In this document: positions 25,392-39,102 of the stretch, in pieces
Layout of the letters: each line of letters opens with the position of its first letter
Position numbering within the stretch: the first letter of the stretch is position 1
NCBI RefSeq assembly: GCF_036321535.1
Contig: NC_087437.1
Location: 18,106,001 to 18,170,000, forward strand
Direction: 5' to 3'
Origin: Camelus dromedarius
Lineage: Eukaryota
DNA: 64,000 bases
Notes under the pieces: generated by a model
Seen by the model: the letters and a program-made list of their open reading frames with translations, nothing else
What the model was told of the DNA's origin: nothing
Database searches by the model: none
Made by a program: the position numbers and the translations under genes

Positions 25392-27112
25392 AGAGGTACT
25401 GAAGTAAGAAAGTGCCACAAAATGGTTGAGAAGCATGAATACAGTTAACCTGGAAAAAAAGCCCATATTATCTCTTGAAGGTGACAAACTAAGCAAAAAA
25501 AAAAAAAAATGGGAAACTCAATTTAAATAATTGTGATAGCCCACGTGTTATCTATGCTCAACATTCAGGTGTGTGATATGTAGAATTAGATATGGAGATC
25601 GCACTGGAATTGGAGGTAGAAATGGAATAGACAGAGAGTGTAAACTCAGGAAGGGTAGGACCCACTGTGGAGGGGTTCCCTTTACAGTATCTGGACCACA
25701 CCACTCAGAATAACTTGACAACCACAAAAGCTAGATTTTGACCACAGCAGAGGCATTTGACAATCTAGAAAGAGTGAAAAACCCACCAAAACTCCTGCTT
25801 TGGTTTCCTATGTTGTATCAGAGTCATCAGACTCATGACTTTATTCAAGTGAAAGAGAGTAACTGATTTTTTCCCCTCCTGATTAGAGAATTAAGTGGTA
25901 AATAAAGGTGTTTAACTCTACTTCAGCCTAAAACAGAGGTGGGGGGAAACTATTTTGTCTATAGTCAAACAGGAATGACAGGGAGAGACTTCAAGATTTT
26001 GGAGCATTAAAAGTGATGCAAAGCCCATTTAATGGACACCCCCAGAGCTTTTTTTTCCCAAGCACCGCAATTGATTGCCACGAGATTATGATGCCATTAA
26101 AATTCACTCTGCCCATAAACTAATGCTGTGGAAAATGCTGACGTTTATAGCAGTTCCTACAAGGGACATATTTCAGTGTGAAAGTAAGTCCTAATGTAAG
26201 AACTTTATCTCAGTAAAGCAACATCTAGGAATGGGGGGAGGAGGAGGAGGAAGAGAGGCTGTCTGGGAGTGCTGGGAGTTTTATTTCTCTCAATAATGGG
26301 TGTATGGATGCTAAATTTCAAAGACTTTTTAAAATAAATCTATTGGCCTTTGACAAAATCAATCCAAACCCCATAAACCAAGAAGTCATCCACTTGATAT
26401 TAATGAGCCCACATTTGCATTTATTTGTCTCTTACACTAGACAAACCATTAATTTCGTGTTTATGCTTCCTTTGAAGTTTGAATGCTCATAGATAGATGG
26501 CCTCATCGAATCTCCTGCTGCTACATTAATATTTCGCTATAAATGATAAATTTTATCATTTTCCACAACACCCCTTTTTACTTTAAGAAAGCTGTGAAAA
26601 TACAAGCAATAAGTCTTAAGGACTGAAAGCACAACTTTTTTTTTTTTTAATACTCCTCAGCAGGGATCATTAAAATAGTGATATCTTTAACATCAGGATA
26701 CCTTTGATGGCCTCTAGGATTTGGAAGCCAAGATGATGTATATCTCATCAACTAATCAACCTTTCTTGGATGAAAGATGGTTCCGTTGGCTAAAGCTGAC
26801 ACACAGGTCCATTTTTGACCAACACACAGTGCCTAAAGTTTTTTTCAGAATTTCTCTGACAATATTTTAGTTTCAAATATGAGCCTAATTTATTGGTCTT
26901 AAACAGAAAAGTATTTTGAAAGGTTTGAGGTAGAAAAGTTTACCTGTGGCAGGGTGTTCTCGCTTGGCAGGGCACAGGAATAACAAAGTACCAGGTGAGA
27001 GGGTCAAGGGGTTCTAGAGGGGATAGAATGGCACCAAATGATATACAGTGCCTTACTTCATGGAGATAGCCCCAGTCAGGTCAGTTATTCTGTTTGGTGA
27101 TAATGACAGAGT

Positions 27113-27219
27113 ATGAAGATGATGAAGATGATGATGGTGATGATGAAGATGATGGTGATGATGAAGATGATGATGATGGTGATGATGAATATGATGATGA
27201 AGATGATGACGATGGTGAA
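27113..27219. repeat. Imperfect (GAT)n trinucleotide repeat
   Basis: gaagatgatgaagatgatgatggtgatgat... read directly; abuts a MIR fragment. Confidence 0.93.
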
Positions 27220-27254
27220 TACCTAGAGACTCCTGTGTCAGAGCTGTGAGCTCT

Positions 27255-27345
27255 GCAGCATCCTCTCCACAATCCTAAAAGGTAGTTGCTACTCTTCTTC
27301 CCAGTTCACAGATGGAGGAACTGAAGCTCAAAGGCATAAACAGTT
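27255..27345 (-). mobile_element. MIR fragment
   Basis: 'cacaatcctaaaaggtag...cccagttcacagatggaggaactgaagctcaaagg'. Confidence 0.6.
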
Positions 27346-27840
27346 TGTCAAATGCATAACTTTTATACAGACTGGTACATCCATTTGCATCTTTGCCACT
27401 GGGCTGTTATAGTCAGATCCACCAGGATCTCTCAGGAATGGTCCTACAAATGGTTGAAACCTTTCATTTAGACCTGTGCCGACCCTTTTAATTCTGCTTT
27501 CATAATAGAGGTAAGAAGGAGATCACAGCCAGGACCTTCCAGGTGATTAACGTTGGTGACGTCACCTATAGTCACAGCCTGAATCAGGTGCACAGAAGGA
27601 CTGGAACATCTCTAAACCTTCAGTCCAGTGAATGTCCTTGGAGCACTCTCTCCTCCCACATTATTCTCTTCTCCTGTCCTTCAAGCAGCTTCTTTTCCAT
27701 TTCTGACAGAGCTCCACAAATCCAGTCTCACCTGCAGACTCACCCAACCTCTCTCAGCCCCACCACCTAAATGTACTTACCCTTTGCTTATATAGGAAGT
27801 GTTTGCTACAATTCGTGTTTTGCTTTGATGCTTTGTTAAA

Positions 27841-28250
27841 ATTATCATACTGAGTGAAGTAAGTCAGACAGAGAAAGACAAATATCATATGTCACTTATA
27901 TGTGGAATCTAAAAAAGGGAAAAGATAAAAATTTTATTCACAAACCAGAAATAGACTCACAGACATAGAAAACAAACTGTGGTTACCAGTGGGGGAGGGG
28001 AGGATGGATAGATAGATTAGGAGTTTGAGGTTAATAGATACACATTACTGTATATAAAATAGATAAACAGTGACTTACTGTACAGCACAGGGAACTATAT
28101 TCAATTTCTCATAATAACATATAATAGAAAATAATCTGAAAAAATATATATGTATGTATATGTATAAATGAATTGCTTTGCTGTACACCTGAAATTAACA
28201 TTGTAAGTCAACTACACTTCAATAGCAAAATTTAAAAGAAGAATTAAAAA
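27841..28250 (+). mobile_element. 5'-truncated L1 3' end (cetartiodactyl-type)
   Basis: 'attatcatactgagtgaagtaagtcagacagagaaagacaaatatcatatg', 'agactcacagacatagaaaacaaact', 'tacagcacagggaactatattcaa', A-rich tail. Confidence 0.92.
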
Positions 28251-28885
28251 TATGTAGCTTTCTATACATCTTATAAATATACATCCATATCCAGTTCCTC
28301 TAGATTAATATTATACATTTCCCTTGGGCGGAGAATGGGCAGGAATTCTATCTTTGACCAGAATCCCCATGTTCAAACTGATTCAATAAAAGAGACTATT
28401 TCCATTAACTTAAAAAATCATCATAATAAAAACGTTTATAAATCATTACGATGCCAGATATTTTAGTTAACATTTTTTTATTTTTACTTCTGAGCCAAAT
28501 CTGTGTGATTATGGACTGGGAGTGAAATGTTTAACATGCAGACACAAGCTGTGTTAATAAAACAATGTATTGACCAGCAATGAGGAAAAAAAACTCATTG
28601 GTAAAGTGACTGAGACATCCTCTTCTGTTTGGAAAAAGCAGTCATGGGAATAAGGAGTTTAGGCCCTGGAGAGCTAGTATGGTCTACACGCAATGCAGAG
28701 CAAGGACATGAAAGGGTACAGCCAGGCTTCCTGGCCACAGGGAAGGCGACAAGAACAAGTAGACTGAGTCTTTATGTAGCTAAACCGTGTTTTGGATGAA
28801 GGAAAACCATCCATCGCAATAAGAAGCACTGAGAAGACTCGTTGAGGAGGCTTTGATGTCCATCTGATCTGCATTAGCAGCAAAG

Positions 28886-29101
28886 TGTATTGAGGTTTAC
28901 TAGGTGCCAGTATGCTTTTAAGTGCTTCATATTTGATCCCACAACTACCCCTTAAGTAGACAATATCATTATCCCCATTTTATAGGAAAAGTTAAGACCC
29001 TAGGATGATAACTAACTTGCCTAAGGTGCACAGCTACTGAGAGGTGGAGCTGGCAATCAAACACGGACAGTCTGACTCTGGAAGTCCCCAAGCAGTTAAC
29101 T
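28886..29101 (-). mobile_element. MIR (near full length)
   Basis: 'tattgagg...taggtgccag', 'attatccccattttatagga', 'taacttgcctaaggtgcacagcta', 'ggagctggcaatcaaacacggacagtctgactc'. Confidence 0.85.
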
Positions 29102-29748
29102 TCCAGAAAAAACATCATTTCAAAACATAGCAGGGGGGCATTGTACTGCTGCCTGACTGAATACAAACTAAAAGAAAACAGATTATAAGTGAGTACAGAA
29201 TTCACAAGAAGCCATTAAGTTTTGAAACAATAAACTGAAATCAGCCTGAAGGCATTGGAATTTTCACAGATACTGATGCTTACATAGATTTGAACTTGTC
29301 TCCACAACAGAGTGTCTCTGGGAGGAGAGAGTGAGGATTTGGGCACTTAGGTTCACAATCAGGGGAGGAGGAACCCCTCCTCTGGTCGGGTCTTGCCCTG
29401 AGTCTTTAACAAGTCACTAGTGTTGATCCAAGTCCAAGCCCTTACTGGTCTTCACTCTTTGTGGCGTGCGAGCCTGAGTTGACCACCTGTCTACATTTTC
29501 CCCTTCCTCGATGATATGATGGAAGAGCTACAGTAACCAGGAGCTTCTTTAATCTCCTACCTTCGTCCACTCTCTTCTTTTCATACCAACCCTTTCAAGT
29601 TCTCCACTGGATTTCCTGATTCTGGACCCCAGGCTGACATTCACTTTAGTCCATTCACTTTGGAGAGAGGAGTAAAGAAAAGAAAGGGAAAACAAATCTT
29701 TAATTTTTTTTTTTTTTAAAGAAAGAAATGTTAACACACAAGGCTCTG

Positions 29749-29963
29749 CGGCTACGCGAGAGACAAAGTTCTTTTTGTTCTGTAACAATCACCGGGAGAT
29801 GCAGGTGCCTTCGTGTTGGGCAAGGTTGCAGCGCAGGGCCCATTGTGTGGGACGCGAATGAGCGTGTCGGCGTCGCCGGCAACAGAGCCTGTTCTGCGCT
29901 CAGAACGGCGCCATTGTGCCCACGTTGCTAGAAGGACTCGGGTTCACCAATGGAAAACGCTCG
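29749..29963. promoter_or_regulatory. Small CpG-dense element with RFX X-box-like and SOX-like motifs (candidate enhancer/promoter)
   Basis: About 20 CpGs in 215 bp by manual count, in otherwise CpG-poor DNA. GTCGCCGGCAAC at 29872-29883; ACAAAG-N4-TTTTGT at 29763-29778; AACAAT at 29784; CATTGT at 29841 and 29912. Confidence 0.5.
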
Positions 29964-32749
29964 CTCTCACCTTCCCCCAAGCCCTGCTTTGCCATCCAAA
30001 TCCACCATTATGGATATGATACGGACCTTTGGCATCAGGGCTCCTCTTGCCCTGTGCTTCTGATACAAAAGCTATTATGCTGCACCATGAAAGCATGGAC
30101 ACAGAGAAATAAAGCAGCCTGGATGACTAGCCTAAGAGGGGAGCGTGAGCTCCATTGAAAGTTAAAAACCCAAGGAAAACAAAACACTTCCGATTAAAAA
30201 TGGGCTTTCATGCCTTTGTGTACACACATATGTGGATGCTTCAGAACATTCATCCAAATGTTCATGACAAAAGCAAGTGACCTGTCCTTGCTTTCAGAAG
30301 CCAAAAGATGTGGAGAAGTGGGGCCAAAAAGAAGAAATTCTAAGCTTGCTAGATAAAGCTTATTCAAATTAACAGTCTCCAGTACAGACCGGAGAAGGAG
30401 GAAAGGGTTTTTCTTTCTTTACCAAGAAATGGCAGGTAGATAATATAATGGGTTTCATGCCTCTGTACAAATGAAGGATGCGACCAGAGCGTTTTCCAAT
30501 GTCCCCCACTCCCAACTCACCCCTTCCAGAAGAGAAGTAACCAAAAGCAAGTAGAGTTTTGCTGTTATTGAGGGAAATTCAGTGCGCACCGAAGATGCTG
30601 AAGGTACTACCGAGAGGCTGATGTGTTTGGGTTTGTCATCTCACTTTCTGAGAAGCTCCAAGTGCTTTGAAAGTTTGTGTATTGGGGAGGGGGTGGGGGA
30701 AATGCTCAGTGGACTCCTTAGGTCTAGGGCAATCTTGTGAAATTCTACGAGGCTCACCCTGCCTTTGGGCTTCACACGTTTTGCATGTGAAGACGTGGCT
30801 TTTTCTTAAAGGCATCCAGTCATCCATGCTGGTCCCAGACACACCTCCAGTGCTTCGCTTTTCACCACAAGCACACCCTCCATCTCTGAGGCTGGGCGAG
30901 GTGCCCCTTCTCCCACAGGCCTCTGCCTTAGTCCTACCAAAGAATCAGTCAGGCTGTACTGAAAGTCTTCCCTACTCCTTTGGGAGCTCCTGACCTCACC
31001 CCTAGAGTCCTAACAACATAGATAATAGCCAACAAGAAGCCCATGTTTAATAAACATTGGATGAGTGAATAACTGAAAACTAGGAAATCTTTCTTATCTC
31101 AGTTCTGAATCTCTTTTTGCTATCATTTAAAGTCAAGAAAATCAATTCAATGTCTCTTTTTCCTCAGGACCAGTGTCCCCTCCTGTGGGGCAGAGAATGG
31201 AGCAGACTGAGGGTCACCCTTCAGCAGCCACAAGCTTGGCTTATCTGTCATAAGAAGGACCCAAAGGAAGGGTCTCTGAAGATCCCCAGGGGTGTGGTGG
31301 GGAGGCCCACTCTAATTACAAGAGCAAAGCCAGGGGTCATTCATTCCGCTGCAGGTGGGGGTGGGAGGACATGAATCCAGAAATACTCATTGAAACTAGG
31401 GTCAGTCCAGAGGAGTGAGTGCTACAAACTGAGCAAAAAGCAGAGTCCAGAACCCGGGTGCCAGTCTGACCAGGGATGAGGTGCAAGCTTTAGCAAGTGG
31501 TGGGAGGACGAGGGCAAGAAGCATCACACACCCAGGCTCAGCCACTCATGTTTTTCAAGCACAAGAAACCCCTCGGACAGAGGAGAACAGCAGGCTGGAT
31601 TCAGAGCTGGGGGCTAAGTGGTGACACCCACAAGGGGGAGAGACGTGAGCCATGCCGGCCAGGGTAGCGTAATCCCACTTCATCCTGCTCTTTCTGAGAC
31701 AGCCAGGGTACTGGGGTTCAAGATGCCCACTCACATGTCCTTCCTGACTGGGGGCACACACAAAAAGGGGAGCAAGTACTGATTTTAGTAATCGGGACCC
31801 GGAATCTCCCAGTGCAGGGTTTCCCGGTCAAAATTGGAGCGGAGGACATAACAGGCGTGAGGCCAAAGTGGCACCTCCTACTTCCAACCAAAGACCCAGA
31901 CCTTGAGCCCCATAGCGCCAGATGGCCAGCCACCTCTCTGAGCCCCAGAATACATGCTTTTCTTTCCCGGGGAACTGCATGCCCGCCTCCAGCCAGCCTC
32001 TAACATGATGCCGCAGGAGCAGGACCCGAGTGAGTCAGCAGGGCCTGGGCAGTGAAACAGGAAGCAGCAGGGGTCCTGATTTTGAAATCCAGTCACCTTG
32101 CCCTCCAGTAAATGCAGCCCATTAAATGCCAGAATCTTACAAGGTGACTAGGCAGATAAGGAGGAGAAGCCCTCCTTTGGCTAAGGCAGGAACGGAGGAG
32201 CTACTGTTTCACACTCCAGCTTTAAGGAGAAAAAGTTACACAGACCTATACGTTCCCCCTGGTTTCATACTATAAATAGAGTATACAATTCGGTCGAGTC
32301 AAACCATCCAGCCCTCACCAGAGTCAGACATGGAGCATCTACACTAAGACAAGGTGTATTTTATGCATAGAAGGTAATACATACTGTACGTGTGAGAAAT
32401 AGGGAAAGATCTGGTGTTTTTCCAGATCAGTCCAGAAGGCTTTCAGAGTTGAGGTGGTGTGTCTAGAAGTTTCTACAATAAGAATTCGGGGGCATGCTCA
32501 CTTTGGGGAAGAACAGTCGAGGTGGAGCAGTTCTGTCACAAAAAGTGCCTCAGCAGCGACATCGCCCTGAAAAAAAAGCAGATTTCATATTAGAGACGAC
32601 TTTGGCAACTGTAGCAGATGGTCTTCAAAATGAAGGATTTTTAAAGAAATGTGTATGTAGGTGGAGTCCAACGACAATTCTATTTCTAAAGCTTCCCGAA
32701 AGGATTCATCATCTTCCTCCTAAACTGTTTCTCACCCTGGGTTCCCTCA

Positions 32750-33000
32750 CTGTGTGACCATCCACCAGTCACTCAAGTCAGAAACCTGGGACACTGTTCC
32801 CGCTCTCCCAAGCTGCACGTCCCGCTGGTAACCCGAGTCCTGTGAATTTCAACTTCTAATCACTCCCTGCATTTATCCATTCCCCTTCATCTCCGTTGGC
32901 AATGCCTGACTCTCCACCCCTCATCCTTACTCCCAAACCCTTCTTCACTCTACACCTCAAGTAAACATTCCCAAATGCAAACCAGAGGCATTCCTTTGCT
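32750..33000 (+). mobile_element. Degenerate L2 fragment
   Basis: 'ccatccaccagtcactcaagtcagaaacctggga', 'ccgagtcctgtgaatttcaacttctaa', 'gcaaaccagaggc'. Confidence 0.55.
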
Positions 33001-36000
33001 TATAACTTTTAATGTGTTCCCCCTGCTTGCAGTACTGGCTTTAATCGATCTACTAAATAAGAAATTTCCAAGAGTCATAAGGAAATGATTTTTAATAGGG
33101 ATATCAATGGATGAGGGGTGGACTGATGGCACATAAGAAAACTGCTTCACTGAGATTACCACCCTGCTGAGACGGAAGACAATGTGATTTTTAGTGCCAT
33201 CTTCAGAGCTTATACATCTTCTTCAACAGGGCTTAGCATTTTGTTGTTGGAGCTGAGATGGTAATAGATTAAATGGATCTACACACCACCATCAGATCAG
33301 CCTCTCTAAATCATAGCACTAATTGTGGCAGCCAGTGGTTCACCAACTGCCCACCCAGTCCAGGACCCTGCACAGTATGACCTCAACCTGCCTTTCCAGC
33401 CTTATCTTCTCCCTGTTACAGTCAACCCCTGGAACAACTAGATTCCTTCCTATTTCTCGTGACAGTCCGTTATTCACACATTGGCTCCTGCTCATCCAGC
33501 CATCTGACAAGCTCCATCTCCCAGTCTTCACACCTGAAGTCCCTGGGACTGACCAGTTCAAACAGAGGTCTCCCCTTTGATTTCCTTCTTGCCAGCATGT
33601 AAAAGGAATTTGTTAAAATAGTGTTGGTGATTATCATTATGCCTTAGTAGATAAAGAAAGCGAATAGGGGTGAGGGGGTTGCTTTGTTTATGTGGGTCAA
33701 ATCGTGTGAACAAAAAGCAAAAGTAACACCTTTATGCTGGGTATCAAGTACTCACACAAGAATATTTCATTTCAGTGTTTTACCAAACTTACTAAGGAAG
33801 CTTAAATAGAAGAGCCAATGAGATTTAGACCCCTGCTTCTGTTAGGCGGGCACTCATGGGAAATGAGTGCCAGCTTCTGGAAAAATACCCTGGGAAGAAA
33901 ATCACTGTAAGAGGAATGAGCGCTGGTCCCAGAGTGGCGTCCCTGCACCCTGCTTGAGGGGAAGATGTACTGAAATCTCTGAAGATGGAGGGTCCAGCCG
34001 CATTTGAACCTGATATGTGAAGTCACCACCATCATGGCCGCCAACAGCCACTTCCATCCTGGACAAGATCCAAGAAGATTTGGGACAGCCCAGATGAGTG
34101 CCTTTGCTTCTTTCTTTATTTGCTGCACCAAGAAGGAGGCTTTCTTTTAGTTTGGTTTTGTTTAAAGTTTCTGATGTTAAGAGTGCTTGATTAGACTGGG
34201 CCATGTGGGTGGGTGAGGGAGGATTGGAGTACTCGGCTTCTTCCAGCCCCTAACTCCCCTAGACAACCCTAGCAAATGGCCTCATTGACCCCATCTCCTC
34301 CTCCTGCCAGGAAACTTAGCACTTAGATCACAAAATGTCAGAGCTGCAAACAGCTTAACCCAGTCCCACTGAACCTGACCTTTCACAGGCTGACCTCTTC
34401 TTAAGACAAGACATATTTGAAACCACATTTGAAAAGCAATGTTTTCCAGGAAGGTCATGGAATGATATCTGCACATCTCACCTGACTGCCCAGAGTTACA
34501 GACTCTGAGCCAGGCCATAGTCACTGCTGTGTGCTGCATTGTGCTGAGGCCACTGACTGAAGAGTTAAAGACTCAACCCTTGCCTCCAAGAGGCACCAGG
34601 AGTAGAGGAATGTGGGGGCTCAGAGGACAGGATCCAGTGTGGACAGATGAATAGTGTGGTACAAACAGTGACAGAATAAAAGAACCTGAATGGAGCAGGT
34701 CAGGGAAGCCTTCCCCGAAAAGGAGGCACTCCAGCTAAGCCATGAAGGCCAATGGAGATACTTTAAGTCTGGATACAGACAGGAAATGGCCATGTGTGTT
34801 TTTCAGAAGCACCTTCAAGTCCTCCAGAGTGCATTCCTCCTGTCAACAATCAATTCTTCAGTTAATTGGGATACTTGCCAATTCTATGACCTGGAACTGG
34901 GACAGATGGATGGCTCCATCCCTGGACAAAGAAATATTAGGTTCTGCCCTGGTTAGTTCCACTCACTATTGGAATGTACCTCTCAATGCTATGTTTATCA
35001 CATCAATTTCCCACTCAAGAACTTACCAGGCTCACCAACTGTCCTTTGGGATTAAAGTCACCCAACTTTCAATGTCATCTACATGTGTACATATCCAAAT
35101 TACTTTTTTACTCCCAACCTCATCCTTTTGTTTCAGCCAAACCTGTTGCTTGACTAGCCCCTGCTCTAAAAGTCTTTCTTTCCTCCTTTATAGCTTTGAT
35201 TAGTCTGTCCTCACCGTTTGGACAGGGAAGAAAGAGAGGGGAGGAGGAAGAAGGAAGAGAGACAGAGGGCAATGCAATGGAGAGGGAGGGAAGGTGGAAG
35301 AAACAAAGAGAAAAGAGAATGTCTAGTTCCTCTCATCATGTGTTTTGCAGTTCTGCTCCCCACCGCCAGGAGGCAGACCAGTTGTTTGGCACACTTCCGG
35401 TAAGTATTAAGTCGTTCTTCCCCAAGGCATTTTATCTGGTCTGGTCAATTCTGTCCTGTGAGTTCCACAGTCAGCTCTCCCCTGCAGAAATGGTACATAA
35501 AGAAAACAAGTTAGCTTTAGTCGGAGATGCAGGGAACAGGACAGAACGTCTTAGAGTCCTCATTCTTCACCCAATAATGGGATCTTATGCATCAGTATTT
35601 CATTTTGTTCATTCCTAATCCTTTAAGCAATGACATATGCTACTGTGAATTACAAACTGAAGCTGAGGTGCAATGCACTGAGTTTTAGCAGAGTTATCTC
35701 CAAAGCAGTGAGTTTCTAAGTGAGTTCCAGAAACCAAGCCTACCTCCAGAGCCGTTCTCCTTTCCTCCTTGGATTTGGCACTCCCACCAAAATCCGGCCC
35801 CTGGAGCCTCCTCACGTGTATATACGTGTTGGCAAAGCACCAAATGAAAATGCAAATAATTCAATCTAAAGCCAAAGCCAATTCTGAATCATCTGTCTTG
35901 ACAGAATTAACTGATTTTGCCAAATGTTCTGATGGTCTATAACCATAATTACACTTCATAATTTGTTGCAACACCATCACTTGGAGACAGAAGTGCTGAA

Positions 36001-38805
36001 TTAATTGTAGCATTTTTGTGACCTCTAGACTATCTCCATTAAGACCAAGTTAATTTCTCAACATGGGAAGATTCATTTTTCGTACAGAATAATATCAGTA
36101 ATAAACCCAGAGCATAAGTGAGCAGTGTGCACAAACGGCTGTTCTCAAACAGCTACCCTAGTTCCGCTTAGATGCAATTTATGTCAAATACATTAACGGG
36201 GAATGTGATGAGTATTTGATTTGTTTCGGCTTTGTGGACAAATAGCACAATTCCTCAAGGATTTGTATACATGTCTGTGACTAGGCAAAACTAATAAGTA
36301 GGAGTGTTCACCTAGAGGGTCATTTGTGGGGTCTTAGATTTCTGGAAGAGAGGCTTCTCTGTGGAGACCCTGGGGGATCCCTTGTCCAAGGCATTCCAGT
36401 CGCCAAGAAGCCATTGGGCACGTGCTGGTTCTGGGGACATCTCATCATCCTTCAGGCTTTCCCTGAATATGTGCACAGCAGGTGGACAGTCCTGAGATGG
36501 TCCAAGCCAACCACTTGGACCAATGTTTTGACCCCAATGTGTCTGTGAGGCAGACAGGGCTGTAGCCTGGTGGTCTGGCTGCAAAGAGCACTTTAGCTGA
36601 TGGCTTGAGAAAGAAGATTATTTCAGAACATCATTCTGTTGCAGATTGAGAAGTGGCCCACATGCTGGCCAGTTGCTGACCAAGCTCCATCCATAACTCT
36701 GCATAAGATTCAGGATGGCAAAGGTTCTCATTGATGGGTCATGCCAATAACCAAGGGAATGGACTTAGAAGTATTTAAGATAAATATTCAGTGCCCCTTG
36801 ATTTCTGAGGGACCGACTGATTTTACCTTATAAGATTTGCTATTTTTCAAAATCTGATACTAACCTGATTTGGTTTTAATGTAGGTAAGTAGTGGGGGAT
36901 GCAAAATTTTGAGCAAATCTAAATTATTCATGGCCTCTTCTAAGTCTAGTTTTTCAGATGCTCTCTATTGTTTAGCTTTTTTGCCTCTGATGATCTCTAA
37001 TATGAGTGCTAGTTGATTCTAGAACATTACACTGTGATAAAATTTATGTTAAGTCTACTAATAAATTCTGTTTAACTCTAAACAGTGGTTACTTTGTGTC
37101 AACAAAATTATTGATGACAATGATAAATAAGTAGTAAAATTCCTTTAAAAGGGATTTAAATATACAATATCAAGGAATCAATCATTCAAGTGAATGTACT
37201 GTATCAGACATTGGTGAAACACTTGGGGCAGGTTAGCAATCAGCATACTCTTTTTACTTATTTCCCCTGAAAATGTGGAAATTAAGCTAAATATCTGATA
37301 TATGGGAATGATCTGACCCTACCATGATCCAGAGGTTTCTGAGAATGGCAGGGCAGCACCCAGCACTCGCAGCCTGGAAGGTAGAGAACACATAAATGTT
37401 TAGAGCGAGGAAAGGATGTTGGCCCTAGAAATCCTCAGAATATGCCCCAAGCCATTAAAATCAGGTTTGAATAATGACACCATTTGATGAACTGTGCTCT
37501 GACCGAGAAATTTCATTACTCTTTTCAAATGTAGCATTTCATGTGTCATGAGCAAATCTGCATGTATGCACTCAAAAGCCAGGAGGAAATACAGACACTT
37601 CAATGTACTACTAAACTTCTTTGGTTACCACTCTTCTTGGGATTTTTTGAAGGGATATGGCCAAACCTAGGATGATATTGGTTTTTCTGTCTCCTGGAAT
37701 GAGATGGTTTATCAGGCAAATTAAGAATGCAGAGATAAGATTTCAGATGACATTTTCACATTGAAATCACTGTTTTAAAATATCCTTCAAACACATTGGA
37801 GACAGTCATTTATACAAAAAGAAATAATAAGTTCATTACATTTGCATGTCACATATCTGAAAGCTAAACTGCCCAAAACTTCAAGAACAAATGTAGCCAA
37901 AAATGTAGCCAAGAATCCAGAAGTGAACATGACCACATCCCTCCCACCCTTCAGCACTGAGACCAAGCCTCATGTCCTCCAGCAAGCTGCAGCCTGCCCC
38001 CAGGGGGCCACTGGCCCCCATTAACTCAGCACTGAGCATGCACCTGGAGGTTACTTGTTCATTTCCCTGAATCCCCAGTGGACTGGGAGCTCCCTAGGGG
38101 AGGAACCATGTCTTTCACCTTTTTGTCTAATTGTGTTCTCCTGCCATGAAGAAGGACACAGTAATTGCTGGAAGAGAATAGAAGGAGGGAAAAAACAAAA
38201 AACAAAAAGAGAAGGAGGTACGTGAGAAGGAGGAGATGGAGACTAAACAAGGATGGAAAGAAAAGTCCATGCAAAGAAAAAGTAGCACCACCTTCAGGTT
38301 ATCATTTTTTATATGAAAACAGGTGACTCATCCTAGAAAAGTACATGCTAATGTGAGGAGAGACAGGAGGCAGAGACAGCAAACAAAAGACCTGTCTGAA
38401 GCAAGCACTTTTTCTCAGTGCTCTGGTAATTGAACTCAGCAGCCCAGAACCGCTCGGGGTAACTAACACACACAGGGCACAAGACTGAGTAGTTACTGGA
38501 AATAAGACACAGGGTGGAAGCTTAGTTATAAATGAATATGAAAACTTAGCTACTTAGATCTGGGCTACAGGGACTTGCCCAAGGGAGGACTGGGCCCCAA
38601 ATTCTAGCTGGGGCCAAGTTAATGGCATTAGTTGACAGGCTTACAGAGGGACAGGAGAACAAGCCAAGAAGTTCACTCTACTTGCTTTCACTCCCTATAA
38701 ATCTTCAATTATTTTGATGTTTGCTAAGTGAATCTTTCTTCAAATGGTGATAAAGCCTGGAGTTGTAATATAGCTAATATATTTCAAGATGAGAGGCAAA
38801 ATGTT

Positions 38806-39100
38806 ACCAGTTGGGTTCTCTAGAAGCTGACACCTGAGAGACAGTTTAAGGTACAAAATATTTCTGAATCCCAATAAAAGGATTCAAAGGGAGGAAGTAG
38901 GATTGGGCAGAGGCAGAAGTCAAACTGAAACACAGTCCTGATAAAACTTAGTCAACTCAGTGAGGAGAGCTAGAGCAAATATCTGTCACCCATGTCAGGT
39001 CAAAGTGGTCAAGCTTTCATACCCTCGCTTTGCTTGGTCACCAGAAGCAGGCTGTTCCATGAAGGTTTGATGTCAGACAACATGCTCTCTATAGCAAGAG
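38806..39100 (-). mobile_element. ERVL LTR16-like LTR fragment
   Basis: 'gggttctctagaagctgacacctgagagacag', 'ggaggaagtaggattgggcagaggcagaagtcaaactg', 'ctttcataccctcg'. Confidence 0.65.
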
Positions 39101-39102
39101 GA

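Noticed and set aside
37889..37912. 12-bp tandem duplication aaatgtagccaa x2 (similar ones at 9042-9073 and ~59935-59960)
   Set aside because: Ordinary replication-slippage duplications with no further structure.
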